Positions 1 through 10,585 of a stretch of 64,000 bases of DNA are shown here, one piece after another. The translations under genes and the position numbers were made by a program. The stretch comes from Bacteroidota bacterium (lineage in GTDB: Bacteria > Bacteroidota > Bacteroidia > Chitinophagales > JADIYW01). The stretch lies in NCBI GenBank assembly GCA_028288625.1, contig JAQBNI010000122.1, positions 27,508 to 91,507 on the forward strand, in the 5' to 3' direction. How positions within the stretch are numbered: position 1 is the stretch's first letter; every line of letters begins with the position of its first letter. The notes under the pieces were generated by a model that worked only from the letters and a program-made list of their open reading frames with translations, did not search any database and had not been told where the DNA came from.

Positions 1-75
1 ATTCTTAAACTTCCGCGAGCAATTAAACAAATCAGTTTCAAATTAAATCAATTATAAAATTTTAAAAACAAAATC

Positions 76-777
76 ATGAATGCTTTATTTTTATTAATGT
101 CCATCTTCGTATTCAGCTTCCTTCTTGCATTTGGAGTATCATACCTGATCGTAAAAAAGGAGGACATCAAACTCAAAAGATTATACACTAAAAGATTTAC
201 GTTTGCAATGTTTGTCTACAGGTGCAGGTTAGCCATCAAGAACTTTATTTTAATTTCCATCCTTACAACAATTTCCCTGTATGTTATAGGTGATAGTTTT
301 TTCAGTTTCGCATCTATATCTTTTTGGAAATTTTCATTCCTGTTCTTTGTGATGGTAGCTGTTGATGATGTATGGTTTTATTTTATTCACCGGCTAATGC
401 ATATAAATCGCTTCTTATATAGAAAGATACATTCGGTTCATCACAGGGCAGTTCCTCCAATCCCCATGGATTATTTATTTGCACACCCCATAGAAGCCAT
501 GGGCGCTGCATTTGGATTGATCATCGGTGTAATTGTTTTAATATTGATCTCAGGGAATGCCAGTATTTATGTATTAGCTGTTTACTCTTTCTATCGCACC
601 ATACATGAACTCGCCGTTCATTCCGGCTTTCAAATCATCCCGGAAAAATATCTTGGATGGATCGGAAGCTCTCATCATCATTTCAAACATCATAAATATC
701 ATAAAGGAAATTACGCCTCTGCATTTACTTACCTGGATAAGATCTTCGGCACGGAAATAAAGGAAAAAAGTAGCTGA
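76..777 (+). CDS. Fatty acid hydroxylase / sterol desaturase superfamily membrane protein
   Basis: 233-aa ORF with hydrophobic segments and three His boxes (HRLMH, HSVHH, HHHFKHHKYH), typical of membrane di-iron hydroxylases. Confidence 0.75.
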   Translation: MNALFLLMSIFVFSFLLAFGVSYLIVKKEDIKLKRLYTKRFTFAMFVYRCRLAIKNFILISILTTISLYVIGDSFFSFASISFWKFSFLFFVMVAVDDVWFYFIHRLMHINRFLYRKIHSVHHRAVPPIPMDYLFAHPIEAMGAAFGLIIGVIVLILISGNASIYVLAVYSFYRTIHELAVHSGFQIIPEKYLGWIGSSHHHFKHHKYHKGNYASAFTYLDKIFGTEIKEKSS

Positions 778-799
778 CTAATTTTTGGTTTAATAAAAG

Positions 800-830
800 A
801 TACTCCGCAAAAAAATTACGGAGTATTTTC
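800..830 (+). terminator. Hairpin plus short T-run downstream of the hydroxylase gene
   Basis: ATACTCCG (800-807) pairs with CGGAGTAT (819-826), followed by TTTTC. Confidence 0.4.
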
Positions 831-850
831 ATATCCTTCGAAACCTGAAG

Positions 851-1084
851 CTATTTTTTATCATTATTTCTACGCGCTAAAGCAATAATAGCACCCAATA
901 AAACAATGCCACCTACAACGGCGATGATGATCATGGTATTATTATTATTCATGTCCGGGGTATCCTGGCTTGTTGTAGTCGTAGTGGTGGTTGACTTTTC
1001 ACTTTTAGTGTCGGAGTTATCAGTAGTTTGCCCCATCAATCCAATGGTAAAGAAGGACATGATTACAAAGATTAGAACTTTCAT
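851..1084 (-). CDS. Small secreted Thr-rich protein with C-terminal membrane anchor
   Basis: 77 aa with an N-terminal signal-like segment, a poly-Thr/Asn low-complexity middle, a C-terminal hydrophobic helix and a basic tail (RRNNDKK). Confidence 0.5.
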   Translation of the reverse strand: MKVLIFVIMSFFTIGLMGQTTDNSDTKSEKSTTTTTTTSQDTPDMNNNNTMIIIAVVGGIVLLGAIIALARRNNDKK

Positions 1085-1267
1085 GATTTTTCGTTTTTAG
1101 ATGATTAAATAAAACCTTACTGTTTCAACTCAACATTTCAGCCATAAAACTGAACTGTTTATTTAAACAGCCCTAAAAGGAAATTGTTTTTATGATTTTC
1201 AACAATAAAAATTGAGATGGATAATTCTTCACTGAACTCATCAATAAAAAATTTTGTATTTTAGGAC

Positions 1268-3439
1268 ATGGGCTTAAAACTGAAGCATGTTGATTATTTC
1301 AACAATAGCATTTTATTAAAGCGGGCATTCATACTGTTCTATCTTTTTATTTTTCCGGCAATGATCAGAGCGCAATCAGCCATTTTCCCAAAAATAAATC
1401 CCGCAGAAATTACGATTGTACGGGATAGCTTTGGAATACCGCACATATTTGCTAAAACAGATGCGGAAGTTGCTTATGGTCTGGCGTGGGCAAATGCCGA
1501 AGATGCATTTTTTGAGACACAAAACCTGGTATACGTTGGCAAAGGCATGATGGGACGAAAAAAAGGAATTGAAGGCGCAAAGGCAGATTATTTCATTCAC
1601 GCAATTGCCGCTCGCCGGTTAGTGGAAGAACATTTTGAAAAGGACCTTTCACCTGAATTTAAAAAATACATGGATGGATATGTGCAGGGCGTGAATGCAT
1701 ATGCCGCTTCACATCCAAAAGAAGTAAAGCTGCCGAAAGCATTTCCTGCTACATCCAAAGATATTATCACCTCTTTTGTAGTGACCATGTCGTTTCTGAA
1801 TAAAGCGCAGAACGCGGTAGCAGATGCAGTGGATGGAAAATATGATACCGTAACGATTAATATGCCGGACGAACCACGGTTGCCTGTTGGTTCAAATGCA
1901 TTTGCTTTGAACAGTACTAAAACAATAGACGGAAAAACATATCTCTGTACGAACCCTCATATGGGCTTAAGCGGTCCACTTTCCTTTTATGAAGCACATT
2001 TGCATAGCGATGAAGGATTGAATATTGAAGGTGCATTGTTCCAGGGATTGAGTTCTGTGAATATGGGTGCAAATGAAAATTTAGCGTGGGGAATGACGTG
2101 GAATCACTTCGACAGGCTCGATGTTTACAAGCTAAAAATGTCGGAAACAAAAAAATTGATGTATGAAATGGATGGGAAGTATTATGCTTTGGAGAAACGT
2201 CCGGTATGGTTAAAAGTAGGATTAGGAAAACATCATCGGATAGTTTTACCCGTTAAGCAAATGACTTTTTGGAGTGAATATGGCTGCACGGTAAAAAGTA
2301 AGAAGAGCAATAACTATTATGCGATTCGCTTTCCGGGCAACCAGACAATTAAGGCAGCGGAACAATTTTATAAAATGAACAAGGCGCGTAATTACTCAGA
2401 ATTCATGGACGCATTGCGTATCCATTCGGTTATCTTATTCAATATCGTTTATGCGGATAAGGATGACAATATTTTTTACCTGGAACATGGAACGCTTCCA
2501 AACCGTGATACATCTTTTAACTGGAAAGGATTAATGGCGGGCAATACCTCTAAAACTTTATGGACATCCTTAATTCCAATCGACAGCATGCCGCATACGA
2601 TCAATCCGGCGTGCGGATATGTTTTCAATACGAATAATACACCTTTTAATTGTTCAGGAAAAGATTGCAGCCAGGAATACACCTATTATCCAAAACGACT
2701 TGTAGATGATCTGCCGGGCAATAACAACCGTTCCAGCAGGTTTACAGAATTAATTTCAATGAAAGATAAATTCAGCATGCAGGATCTGGAAAAAATTAAG
2801 TTTGATGTAACGCTTTCACACAAAGGAGGATTTGGCGAATCTGTAGAAAGTATATTTCATTTGGATGCAAACAAATATCCCGATTTAAAAGAACCTATTG
2901 AAATTCTCTCTTCATGGAACCGTACTTGTGAGATCCATGAATACGCACCGACTATCCTGGGATTGATGCTTACTGAAATCTTTACACACCGCGGTCTTGA
3001 TGATGCTTATTTTATTAAAGGTTTTAATATTAAAGAGGATGAATGGATAAGCACGATGAGAAATGCCTGTGATTCTTTAAAAAAATATTTCGGTACGGTA
3101 AAAGTGGAATGGGGCACGATACACCGTAGTATTTGCGGTGATAAAAATTTGCCGTTACGTGGATTTGCTGATATGCTCAGTCCAAGCTATCCTGTGCAAA
3201 ACAAAAATGCTTTTACCTTTTCACCGAAATACGCCGATACATACATGCTCTTTGCATCGTTTGGAAAAGAGGGATTGGAGAAACTGAGCGCCTTGCAGCC
3301 ATTGGGCAATTCGCTGAATCCTGCAAGCAAGCACCATAACGACCAGATGGAACTTTTTAGCCGCCAGGAATTACGACCCTTAAGTTTGAAAAAGGAAGAT
3401 GTGATGAAGAAAGCGGAATCCGTTTATCATCCGAAGTAA
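1268..3439 (+). CDS. Penicillin acylase / acyl-homoserine-lactone acylase family (peptidase S45, Ntn hydrolase)
   Basis: 723 aa with a signal-like N-terminus. An internal GSNAFAL motif sits where the S45 autoprocessing Ser nucleophile lies, and length and overall pattern fit the family. Confidence 0.85.
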   Translation: MGLKLKHVDYFNNSILLKRAFILFYLFIFPAMIRAQSAIFPKINPAEITIVRDSFGIPHIFAKTDAEVAYGLAWANAEDAFFETQNLVYVGKGMMGRKKGIEGAKADYFIHAIAARRLVEEHFEKDLSPEFKKYMDGYVQGVNAYAASHPKEVKLPKAFPATSKDIITSFVVTMSFLNKAQNAVADAVDGKYDTVTINMPDEPRLPVGSNAFALNSTKTIDGKTYLCTNPHMGLSGPLSFYEAHLHSDEGLNIEGALFQGLSSVNMGANENLAWGMTWNHFDRLDVYKLKMSETKKLMYEMDGKYYALEKRPVWLKVGLGKHHRIVLPVKQMTFWSEYGCTVKSKKSNNYYAIRFPGNQTIKAAEQFYKMNKARNYSEFMDALRIHSVILFNIVYADKDDNIFYLEHGTLPNRDTSFNWKGLMAGNTSKTLWTSLIPIDSMPHTINPACGYVFNTNNTPFNCSGKDCSQEYTYYPKRLVDDLPGNNNRSSRFTELISMKDKFSMQDLEKIKFDVTLSHKGGFGESVESIFHLDANKYPDLKEPIEILSSWNRTCEIHEYAPTILGLMLTEIFTHRGLDDAYFIKGFNIKEDEWISTMRNACDSLKKYFGTVKVEWGTIHRSICGDKNLPLRGFADMLSPSYPVQNKNAFTFSPKYADTYMLFASFGKEGLEKLSALQPLGNSLNPASKHHNDQMELFSRQELRPLSLKKEDVMKKAESVYHPK

Positions 3440-3506
3440 AATAAAAGTGCATTTGATTCTGAAAGAATAGACCGGAATTTTTTTAATAACAAATGAAATT
3501 AAAAAA

Positions 3507-3523
3507 GCCGGCATGATGCCGGC
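3507..3523 (-). terminator. GC-rich hairpin with T-run on the minus strand
   Basis: GCCGGCA-TGA-TGCCGGC preceded by AAAAAA on the plus strand, which reads as a T-run after the hairpin on the minus strand. It lies about 225 nt downstream of the 3749..5173 gene. Confidence 0.4.
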
Positions 3524-3748
3524 ACAGAGGAAAATATGTTTCTATCAAAGGGGGTTCTAAGGATAAAGCTTTACGAACTTTCGCAAAGCACTGCTTTCGC
3601 TTGTGTAAAACTGGACAATATAAACTTCAGCGGATAATCCATTTTCATTGATCGGTAATTCATTCACTCCTTCTTTTAAAGAATAAGAATCTTCAAAAAT
3701 ACTGATGAAGGTGGGTGATATTATTTTAAGCGGAAAGACGCTTTATTA

Positions 3749-5173
3749 TTAGAGCACTAACGGGGAGGCATGCAAATGCTCTCTTCTCAGGCTTACAAGT
3801 GCATTTTTAAACCAATCCAAGTCTGGTGTTTCTTTTTCAAAAGCATAATTTCTGTATTTACCTGGCCTTTTAGAAATATCGAGCAGGATAGCCAACGCCT
3901 TGCTGATATTAATGAAATATGTTTTATGATAACCGATATTCGACCTGCGCTTTATATATGCTTTAAACGCTTTCAGGTGTGCGAGATAAAGTTCAAAGTT
4001 TTTTATTTCGAAGAGAATTTTCAGGACTAAATATTTTGCATTCAGGTTCCAGATCGCATCCTTGAATTCATGCGTCAGTAATATCTTGAGGGCTCTCTCC
4101 GGCTGGCCATTGCTGTATAATATTTTGGCATTGTTAAAGTCGATCGTATTTTGCCTGTATGGCTCATCAATCAGCCGCGCATACTGATTCATAAACTTTT
4201 CTATTTTATTAAATTCTTTCAGCTTAATTCCCAGAGCGACGATGTTCGTAAATATAAAACGGTTGATCTCGTTGTTCATTAGCAGGTATCCTTTTTCGAC
4301 AGAATATAAATAGAGCTCAAACGCTTTCTGCGTATATACGGATTGATTGTAATTGGATCTTTTGATGCAAAAGTTGATCGCCAGGCGGTACAGGTCATTG
4401 AGGTCGTGGTGTGAAAAAAGAGATTCATTTTTTTTGATATCTCTAATAAAGTCATGGAAAGCATTCTCGTTTTCCACGGTTATGACAAGATAAATGTTGT
4501 AGTATATTCTCACTTGCGGCAATTCCAGGAATGCGGAACCCGGAAGCAATTTCAAAATAGAATCGAGTAAGAAAGGATCGATCTTTATTTCGGTATTTTT
4601 CTGGTAGGATTGGATGATACAGGCATACTTCAGAAGTTCTATGATCGAAAATATAGTAGCCGTATTGATGATCTCCTTCACATTAAAATCTTTATCGCGG
4701 TTGTTCCTGGAGTTAATTAGAAAATACTTTGAATGGAGCTGGAACATATTCAGATAATATTCTGAGTTGTGGAGCTGGGTTGCTTCGATAAGCTTGATCC
4801 CCTGTTCAATATGCTGGTTAGCGAATTTATAAAGTTCTTTGTCTGTATAATATTGTGCTAAAATTTGTTCCTGCAGCGAAGGGTATGACGGCAGGCAGTT
4901 AAATAGGATAAAAGACTCGAGAATTTCCGTTGCCATCCAGAGCAAGTGACGGATCCTGAGATCATTAAATTCAGCATCCGGGTAAATGTATTTGTGGGTT
5001 TTTTCCTTGTTTACCGTATGCACGTTTATCGCCGTTCTGCTATCAATAAATCTGAATAAATGAACAATGTCTTCATTTTTATTGACAAAATCTGAAACTA
5101 TCCATTTCCGCAGTTTTCGCCTTTCTTCCAATGAAAACTTAATGAATGCCTGTACAAATTTAGATTCGAACAT
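3749..5173 (-). CDS. Hypothetical protein (helical-repeat-like)
   Basis: 474-aa uninterrupted ORF with no motif I can assign. The plus-strand ORFs inside it are short shadows. Confidence 0.6.
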   Translation of the reverse strand: MFESKFVQAFIKFSLEERRKLRKWIVSDFVNKNEDIVHLFRFIDSRTAINVHTVNKEKTHKYIYPDAEFNDLRIRHLLWMATEILESFILFNCLPSYPSLQEQILAQYYTDKELYKFANQHIEQGIKLIEATQLHNSEYYLNMFQLHSKYFLINSRNNRDKDFNVKEIINTATIFSIIELLKYACIIQSYQKNTEIKIDPFLLDSILKLLPGSAFLELPQVRIYYNIYLVITVENENAFHDFIRDIKKNESLFSHHDLNDLYRLAINFCIKRSNYNQSVYTQKAFELYLYSVEKGYLLMNNEINRFIFTNIVALGIKLKEFNKIEKFMNQYARLIDEPYRQNTIDFNNAKILYSNGQPERALKILLTHEFKDAIWNLNAKYLVLKILFEIKNFELYLAHLKAFKAYIKRRSNIGYHKTYFINISKALAILLDISKRPGKYRNYAFEKETPDLDWFKNALVSLRREHLHASPLVL

Positions 5174-5290
5174 CTTATTATAGATTATTACTTCCCTTAA
5201 AAATCTGACAATTAATGAAATTTGTAGCAGGAAAGTAAGAAAAAATATTTAATATTTGATATGGATCACAAATATCACATTACGCAGACT

Positions 5291-6118
5291 ATGAAAACCT
5301 TGGGAAAAATCGTTTTATTGTTTTGCGGGGGCACATTGCTCTTCTATAGCTGCCTTAAAAAACCGGTCGAGTCAGTACAAAGAAAGATCAAACAATCCAA
5401 CAAGGTTTACGACGACAATGTCAACGGCCGGAGAGCCGGGGGAAACATTGAAGAATCGAATAATTTCTTTTATAATTCCGATGGCACCTTAAACAAGGTA
5501 ACGGTGTATGATGATACCACGCCTACCGCCACATTATTAAAACAACTGGATTTTGATTATTTACCGGACAGGGTAGTGGCGCATACTTACAATTCCACAG
5601 CTGGGTACAGGCTACTGCAATTTGTATTCAATTCAAAGAAACAGATCATACAACTGATCGATTCACTCGGAAATGGATTGTATATCACTTATACGGATGA
5701 TAAGATTACGCGCATACGCGATTCGTCGGGAGTGGGTATCAATGATTTTGTAAATTTTATTTACGATGCCAGCAACAATCTTTTACAGTATGAATTAATG
5801 ATCAACGGTAATCCGCCGATCGGCAGGGCAACGCTGGAATATAGTACTGATAAGATCCCAAGCGAATTAGACACTCGTTTCTTCAGCAAGGATATTAACT
5901 TTATCTACATAGGCGGATTAAACCTGGTAACAAAACTCGGATTAAACCTGGGAATAGATAATGAAAATACGCTGATAAAAAGAACGGAAACTGCTTTGGC
6001 TACGAGCCAGGTGGTTGAGGTTTACAACTTCAGATATTTTTATAACACAAGCCACGAAATCATAAAACGAAACATGTCATGGAGTACGGATACCTTATTC
6101 TATCAATTTAAGTATTAG
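5291..6118 (+). CDS. Hypothetical lipoprotein
   Basis: The ORF track gives 5261..6118. The internal Met followed by KTLGKIVLLFCGGTLLFYSC resembles a lipoprotein signal peptide, so the start at 5291 is preferred. Confidence 0.6.
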   Translation: MKTLGKIVLLFCGGTLLFYSCLKKPVESVQRKIKQSNKVYDDNVNGRRAGGNIEESNNFFYNSDGTLNKVTVYDDTTPTATLLKQLDFDYLPDRVVAHTYNSTAGYRLLQFVFNSKKQIIQLIDSLGNGLYITYTDDKITRIRDSSGVGINDFVNFIYDASNNLLQYELMINGNPPIGRATLEYSTDKIPSELDTRFFSKDINFIYIGGLNLVTKLGLNLGIDNENTLIKRTETALATSQVVEVYNFRYFYNTSHEIIKRNMSWSTDTLFYQFKY

Positions 6119-6146
6119 ATTTTTTTAAACCATTAAATTCAACGCT

Positions 6147-8099
6147 ATGAAAAAGATTTTAATTTTACTCGCCTTCCTGCAACTGATCCATTATAGTTAT
6201 GGACAGTTTGTGGCTACTGACAACTATGTAGATGTAAATACCACCAGATTTTATAATGATGCTTCTGGGAGCACCCCTATTCCCACTGCTTTTAACACAA
6301 ACGGTACAACTCAAAATGAATACCGCTACTTAGTTAGTACTATGCGTCTCGCCAACAGATTAAAAGAAGTATTTAACTCATTTGTTGTACCGACATCATC
6401 ATTTTATACTTCTACATTTCCGTCTAGTCCATCAAATCCAACAGGTCTCTTTACGATAGTAAAAACCGCATTAGACAATGGATATACTACTATGCCTTCA
6501 GAATCTTTTAATTTCGATCTGAACAAAAATAAACTTCACGCAGTATATGTCCGGCCTACTGCAATAGTAACGGGTGGAAGGCCTATAGTATTATTAACCA
6601 ATGGAAATCAAGAAGACTTTAAGACTCAGTGGGCAGGTACTTTATTCATTGCTGCGGATTTAGTAATGCGTGGTTATGCTGTACTCATATATGAAAATTT
6701 TACAGTAAGTAATAAATTTACTTCTCTTCCTCTTTATTTGAATTCTCCGGGGGTGTATAGTGGTTCATTTGGTCTAGATGAAGCTCACTTTAATGCCTTG
6801 ACTGCTTTAACCATGGTACACCTTGGTGTAGCTGCAGAACAAATGGTAATAGGCCAAAATACTTCATTAAATTTGAATGCCGATGTAAACAGAATGTACG
6901 CTGTAGGTGCAAGTGAAGGTGCACGTTCTAGTTTGGTTCTTGGTTATGCTGACGACGCAAATAATTTTAATGATAATGTCAACTACTTTGCTACTAGTCC
7001 AAATCGTACAATTACACAATTCAATAATTGGGGTGGATTTAATGCAAAAAGCCGATGGGTCGATCCCACTAATTATCAAAATAGAATACGAGCATTTATA
7101 GGATGGGGTACTAATATGCCTGAAATGCCTATTACATACGTACGCAATCTATATGATGCAGGAGACGTAAATTGCCCTGCATTATTTATTCATGCGGTGA
7201 ATGATAATTCACAGAGAATAGATATTACACCACCTATTGGTACCGCGACAGTATATTCATATGGTCCTGGCAATTTTACAAATACGCCTACCAATAAACT
7301 AACTAGTAATTTGTCAGCCTTTAATATTCGTTTTCACGTGTATGTCAATTGCGCAGCCTTGGGAGAACATTCATGGTTTGAACAATATGGACAAGGTCTG
7401 GCTCCACATTATGCAAACGTTGTAACTAATACTAACGCAAATATTAGTACTGCTTATAATAATGCGGTAGTTAATAATATGTTGACCGATATTTATCCAA
7501 GGATGGAAGAATACGCCTATATCGGATTACAAATGCTCAGCACTGGAAAAATAATGGGAAATTTTCTAAATAGAGCAACTTCAACTACCAATCCATTAGT
7601 TTCAAATGTTTCTTTTTACATAGCACCTCAAATTAATAGATCAGCATCACCTAGCGGTCCAGATGGAGATTATTTTGGCGCCCTTACTCTTCCTCACTAT
7701 CCTGATGGTAAGTTTGTAAGCAGTGCACTTTGTAGCACACTAACAATTCCTTACACTAGCCCGGTAATCTATAACCCCACTACTTTCATAACAGCCGGCA
7801 GACATGCTGCTCCAATCCCAAGTCCTTTATCAGATGAAAAAAAATTAACTATAAAAGGTTTCAACATGTACCCCAACCCAACCAGCAATGAGTTTATGGT
7901 GGAAGCAAATAATATGGAATCCGACTATAACATTACGGTCTATAATATGATTGGCGAGATTGTGTATTCTCAAAACAACATTGCCAGGGAAAATCAACTT
8001 GTGAAAGTGAACACCAACACACTGGCCAACGGCATTTACAAAGTGATCATAGAAAATAAAGAATCAAAGATCAACAAGTCGATTGTAGTGCAGCATTAA
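6147..8099 (+). CDS. T9SS-secreted alpha/beta-hydrolase-like protein (paralog 1)
   Basis: 650 aa with a signal peptide, a GxSxG-like GASEG motif, and a C-terminal ~80-aa YPNPTSNEF...KVIIENKESKINKSIVVQH segment typical of type A T9SS sorting domains. Confidence 0.7.
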   Translation: MKKILILLAFLQLIHYSYGQFVATDNYVDVNTTRFYNDASGSTPIPTAFNTNGTTQNEYRYLVSTMRLANRLKEVFNSFVVPTSSFYTSTFPSSPSNPTGLFTIVKTALDNGYTTMPSESFNFDLNKNKLHAVYVRPTAIVTGGRPIVLLTNGNQEDFKTQWAGTLFIAADLVMRGYAVLIYENFTVSNKFTSLPLYLNSPGVYSGSFGLDEAHFNALTALTMVHLGVAAEQMVIGQNTSLNLNADVNRMYAVGASEGARSSLVLGYADDANNFNDNVNYFATSPNRTITQFNNWGGFNAKSRWVDPTNYQNRIRAFIGWGTNMPEMPITYVRNLYDAGDVNCPALFIHAVNDNSQRIDITPPIGTATVYSYGPGNFTNTPTNKLTSNLSAFNIRFHVYVNCAALGEHSWFEQYGQGLAPHYANVVTNTNANISTAYNNAVVNNMLTDIYPRMEEYAYIGLQMLSTGKIMGNFLNRATSTTNPLVSNVSFYIAPQINRSASPSGPDGDYFGALTLPHYPDGKFVSSALCSTLTIPYTSPVIYNPTTFITAGRHAAPIPSPLSDEKKLTIKGFNMYPNPTSNEFMVEANNMESDYNITVYNMIGEIVYSQNNIARENQLVKVNTNTLANGIYKVIIENKESKINKSIVVQH

Positions 8100-8155
8100 G
8101 ATCAAACAATACGTATTCTATCAGAGATTAATTTTAAAACTATAAATACAACGCT

Positions 8156-9910
8156 ATGAAAAAGATCTTATTACCATTAATCCTATTACTAAACACAATA
8201 GGTATTGCACAGACCAACACGTATATTAGCACTTACAACTATAGAGATATTAATACGAACGGCTTTATTTATAATGCTACGAACGCTCCGTATGTCACCA
8301 CTAATGACGAGCGATATATGTTGACCAGTATGCAATTAGCAAGCGAGCTAAAAAAACTTGAATGGGACAACACATCAAAAAATACTTCTTATACCTTCTT
8401 TAATTATAAGTTGTTTAAAACATCTTACACAACATTTCCGGATACATGCAACAAGATTAACTGGACAATGATTATGGTGCGACCCAACGACTCCATAGTT
8501 CGTCCTCTTGTTATTATATCTAATGGAGCGGGTGCATGGCCGAATGGGTGGATACGATACTATTATACCGGTGCAATGGATTTGGTTCAAAGAGGATATG
8601 CTGTTGCAATCATCAATAACTTTACAAGAGCTGATATAGCACTTCAGTCTTCATGTTTTAAAGGATTTTTAAAATCAAAATATCCAAATTTTGATTTGAA
8701 CTGCGATATAGATAATGATAATACCCAATGTTATAGTATATTATCATCGTATCTAAGTTTACAAACCAGTATTGCTGCCGCGAAATATCTATCATTTTAT
8801 ACTACAAGCAGAGGTTATCTTATTAATAGCAGCCAGATCTTTTTTCAAGGACATAGCAACGGGGCCATGCTGGCATATAATTTTGCTTTTGCAGATTTCG
8901 GTGTAAATTATACCGGAACATTGATGAATCAGTTAGGGAACTTCGACAATCTCACCTACAATGAGTGTAAAACACAAACTTATACTGTTCGAGGGATTAC
9001 CATGTTGAGCGGAGAATCCCAAGAATTACAAACTGCGCATAATTGCAATATACCCACACCCCCTCTTGCTTGTACTTTATCGCCATCAGTGTTCACTCTT
9101 GGAAATTTTGTAGAAAGCGGAGAAAATAACATTCGTTTATTTATGGTGAATGCAAAATATGATAATACAAATATTATTGATTATAACTCATCAAAACAAA
9201 CGAGAGTTAATTTACAGGCGAATGGAAATTATGTAAAAATGTTTGCATTATGTGGTCCCTCCAATCATAATATGTATGCCATGAGTTGTTTCGACATTAA
9301 TAACAATAATGATGTAACTGCCGTGGATTTAAATATCGCTCCCAAGATTGTACCCGCTACTAATCTAAATGGAACTACTTTATTAAGCAGTCTTGAATGG
9401 AACGAATTTATACACAATTTGTTTCCATACACGATAACCCTTTGTGATGATTACATTGTGTATAAAGCATGGTCCCGGGAAGTACAGGAAATTGCCGGAA
9501 ATGCCGCTTTAAGATATTATAACCAAATATTGAATATTCTACCTGCAGATAATACCATAAGTGTTCAATCATTTGATATTAATGGAAATCTGATAACCTG
9601 TGCTGAAGCGCCCAAGATAAATAATCCTGATATCAATTCTGCACCTGACGAAAAAATACTGCTGAAAGGTTTCAATATCTATCCAAATCCAACCAGAAAC
9701 GAATTTACGGTGGAAGCGAATAATATGGAATCCAATTATAACATCACCGTATACAACATGATCGGTGAAGTGGTTTATAACCAAAATAACGTTACAAAAG
9801 AAAATCAACTTGTGAAAGTGAATACCAACACACTGGCCAACGGCATTTACAAAGTGATTATAGAAAATAAAGAATCAAAGATCAACAAGTCGATTGTAGT
9901 GCAGCATTAA
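8156..9910 (+). CDS. T9SS-secreted alpha/beta-hydrolase-like protein (paralog 2)
   Basis: 584 aa with a signal peptide and a GHSNG (GxSxG) motif. The C-terminal T9SS domain is almost identical to that of 6147..8099. Confidence 0.7.
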   Translation: MKKILLPLILLLNTIGIAQTNTYISTYNYRDINTNGFIYNATNAPYVTTNDERYMLTSMQLASELKKLEWDNTSKNTSYTFFNYKLFKTSYTTFPDTCNKINWTMIMVRPNDSIVRPLVIISNGAGAWPNGWIRYYYTGAMDLVQRGYAVAIINNFTRADIALQSSCFKGFLKSKYPNFDLNCDIDNDNTQCYSILSSYLSLQTSIAAAKYLSFYTTSRGYLINSSQIFFQGHSNGAMLAYNFAFADFGVNYTGTLMNQLGNFDNLTYNECKTQTYTVRGITMLSGESQELQTAHNCNIPTPPLACTLSPSVFTLGNFVESGENNIRLFMVNAKYDNTNIIDYNSSKQTRVNLQANGNYVKMFALCGPSNHNMYAMSCFDINNNNDVTAVDLNIAPKIVPATNLNGTTLLSSLEWNEFIHNLFPYTITLCDDYIVYKAWSREVQEIAGNAALRYYNQILNILPADNTISVQSFDINGNLITCAEAPKINNPDINSAPDEKILLKGFNIYPNPTRNEFTVEANNMESNYNITVYNMIGEVVYNQNNVTKENQLVKVNTNTLANGIYKVIIENKESKINKSIVVQH

Positions 9911-9941
9911 GATCAAACAGCATTGTCTTACACTGAAAATA

Positions 9942-9985
9942 ATAACCCACACATTTTATTGATTAACAATTAATGTGTGGGTTAT
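9942..9985. other. Long perfect hairpin immediately left of the island junction
   Basis: ATAACCCACACATT (9942-9955) pairs perfectly with AATGTGTGGGTTAT (9972-9985). There is no T-run, and it ends 4 nt before the att repeat. Confidence 0.45.
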
Positions 9986-9989
9986 CAGT

Positions 9990-10006
9990 GTAGTCCCTGC
10001 GAGAAT
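9990..10006. repeat. Left copy of the 17-bp island direct repeat (att core)
   Basis: GTAGTCCCTGCGAGAAT, identical to 35930..35946. Confidence 0.65.
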
Positions 10007-10162
10007 ACGACTATATAAATAGACTATTCGTTTACAAACACTTAGATAAAGGTATAAAACTGTACGACAGTTTTTACGTCATTTTTTGAAATTTGTCTTA
10101 GGGATATGATTTAACGGTAATAACAACATACCATATAACTATTCAATTGCAGAGTTTACTGA

Positions 10163-10570
10163 TTAGTTTCGATTGTTTAATAAATGAAAAACGGCATCAA
10201 TCTCTCCATGATAAATTTCAATTGGTTGAATAGGAAAAGAGAGATTAGGAAGTGAAGTTTGTTTTTGTACATACTGATATGCTTCACTCAAGCCTAATGT
10301 AGCATCTTTATAAAATTCATAAATATCCTCGCTCTTTGTTATTTCATTAATAGGTATTTCATATACAGATTGTGCATTTAATACTTCGTGTTCTTTATTG
10401 GTATAGGTTTCAGTAAGGATAAATTTCTTAGTTATCTTTAATACAACTTTGTTATTAATAATAACCGGAGGTTCTGTTTGAGTAAAATCCGATTGCCCGC
10501 CTAACCCGTTAATAGCAGGGAAATCTAATGGGGAAAGATTAAGTTTAACCCTATAACTTCTTGCATTCAT
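10163..10570 (-). CDS. Hypothetical protein (last gene of the ATPase-kinase-methyltransferase operon)
   Basis: 135-aa ORF that starts 15 nt after the upstream gene ends. No recognisable motif. Confidence 0.55.
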   Translation of the reverse strand: MNARSYRVKLNLSPLDFPAINGLGGQSDFTQTEPPVIINNKVVLKITKKFILTETYTNKEHEVLNAQSVYEIPINEITKSEDIYEFYKDATLGLSEAYQYVQKQTSLPNLSFPIQPIEIYHGEIDAVFHLLNNRN

Positions 10571-10585
10571 TTATCAGTATTAATT

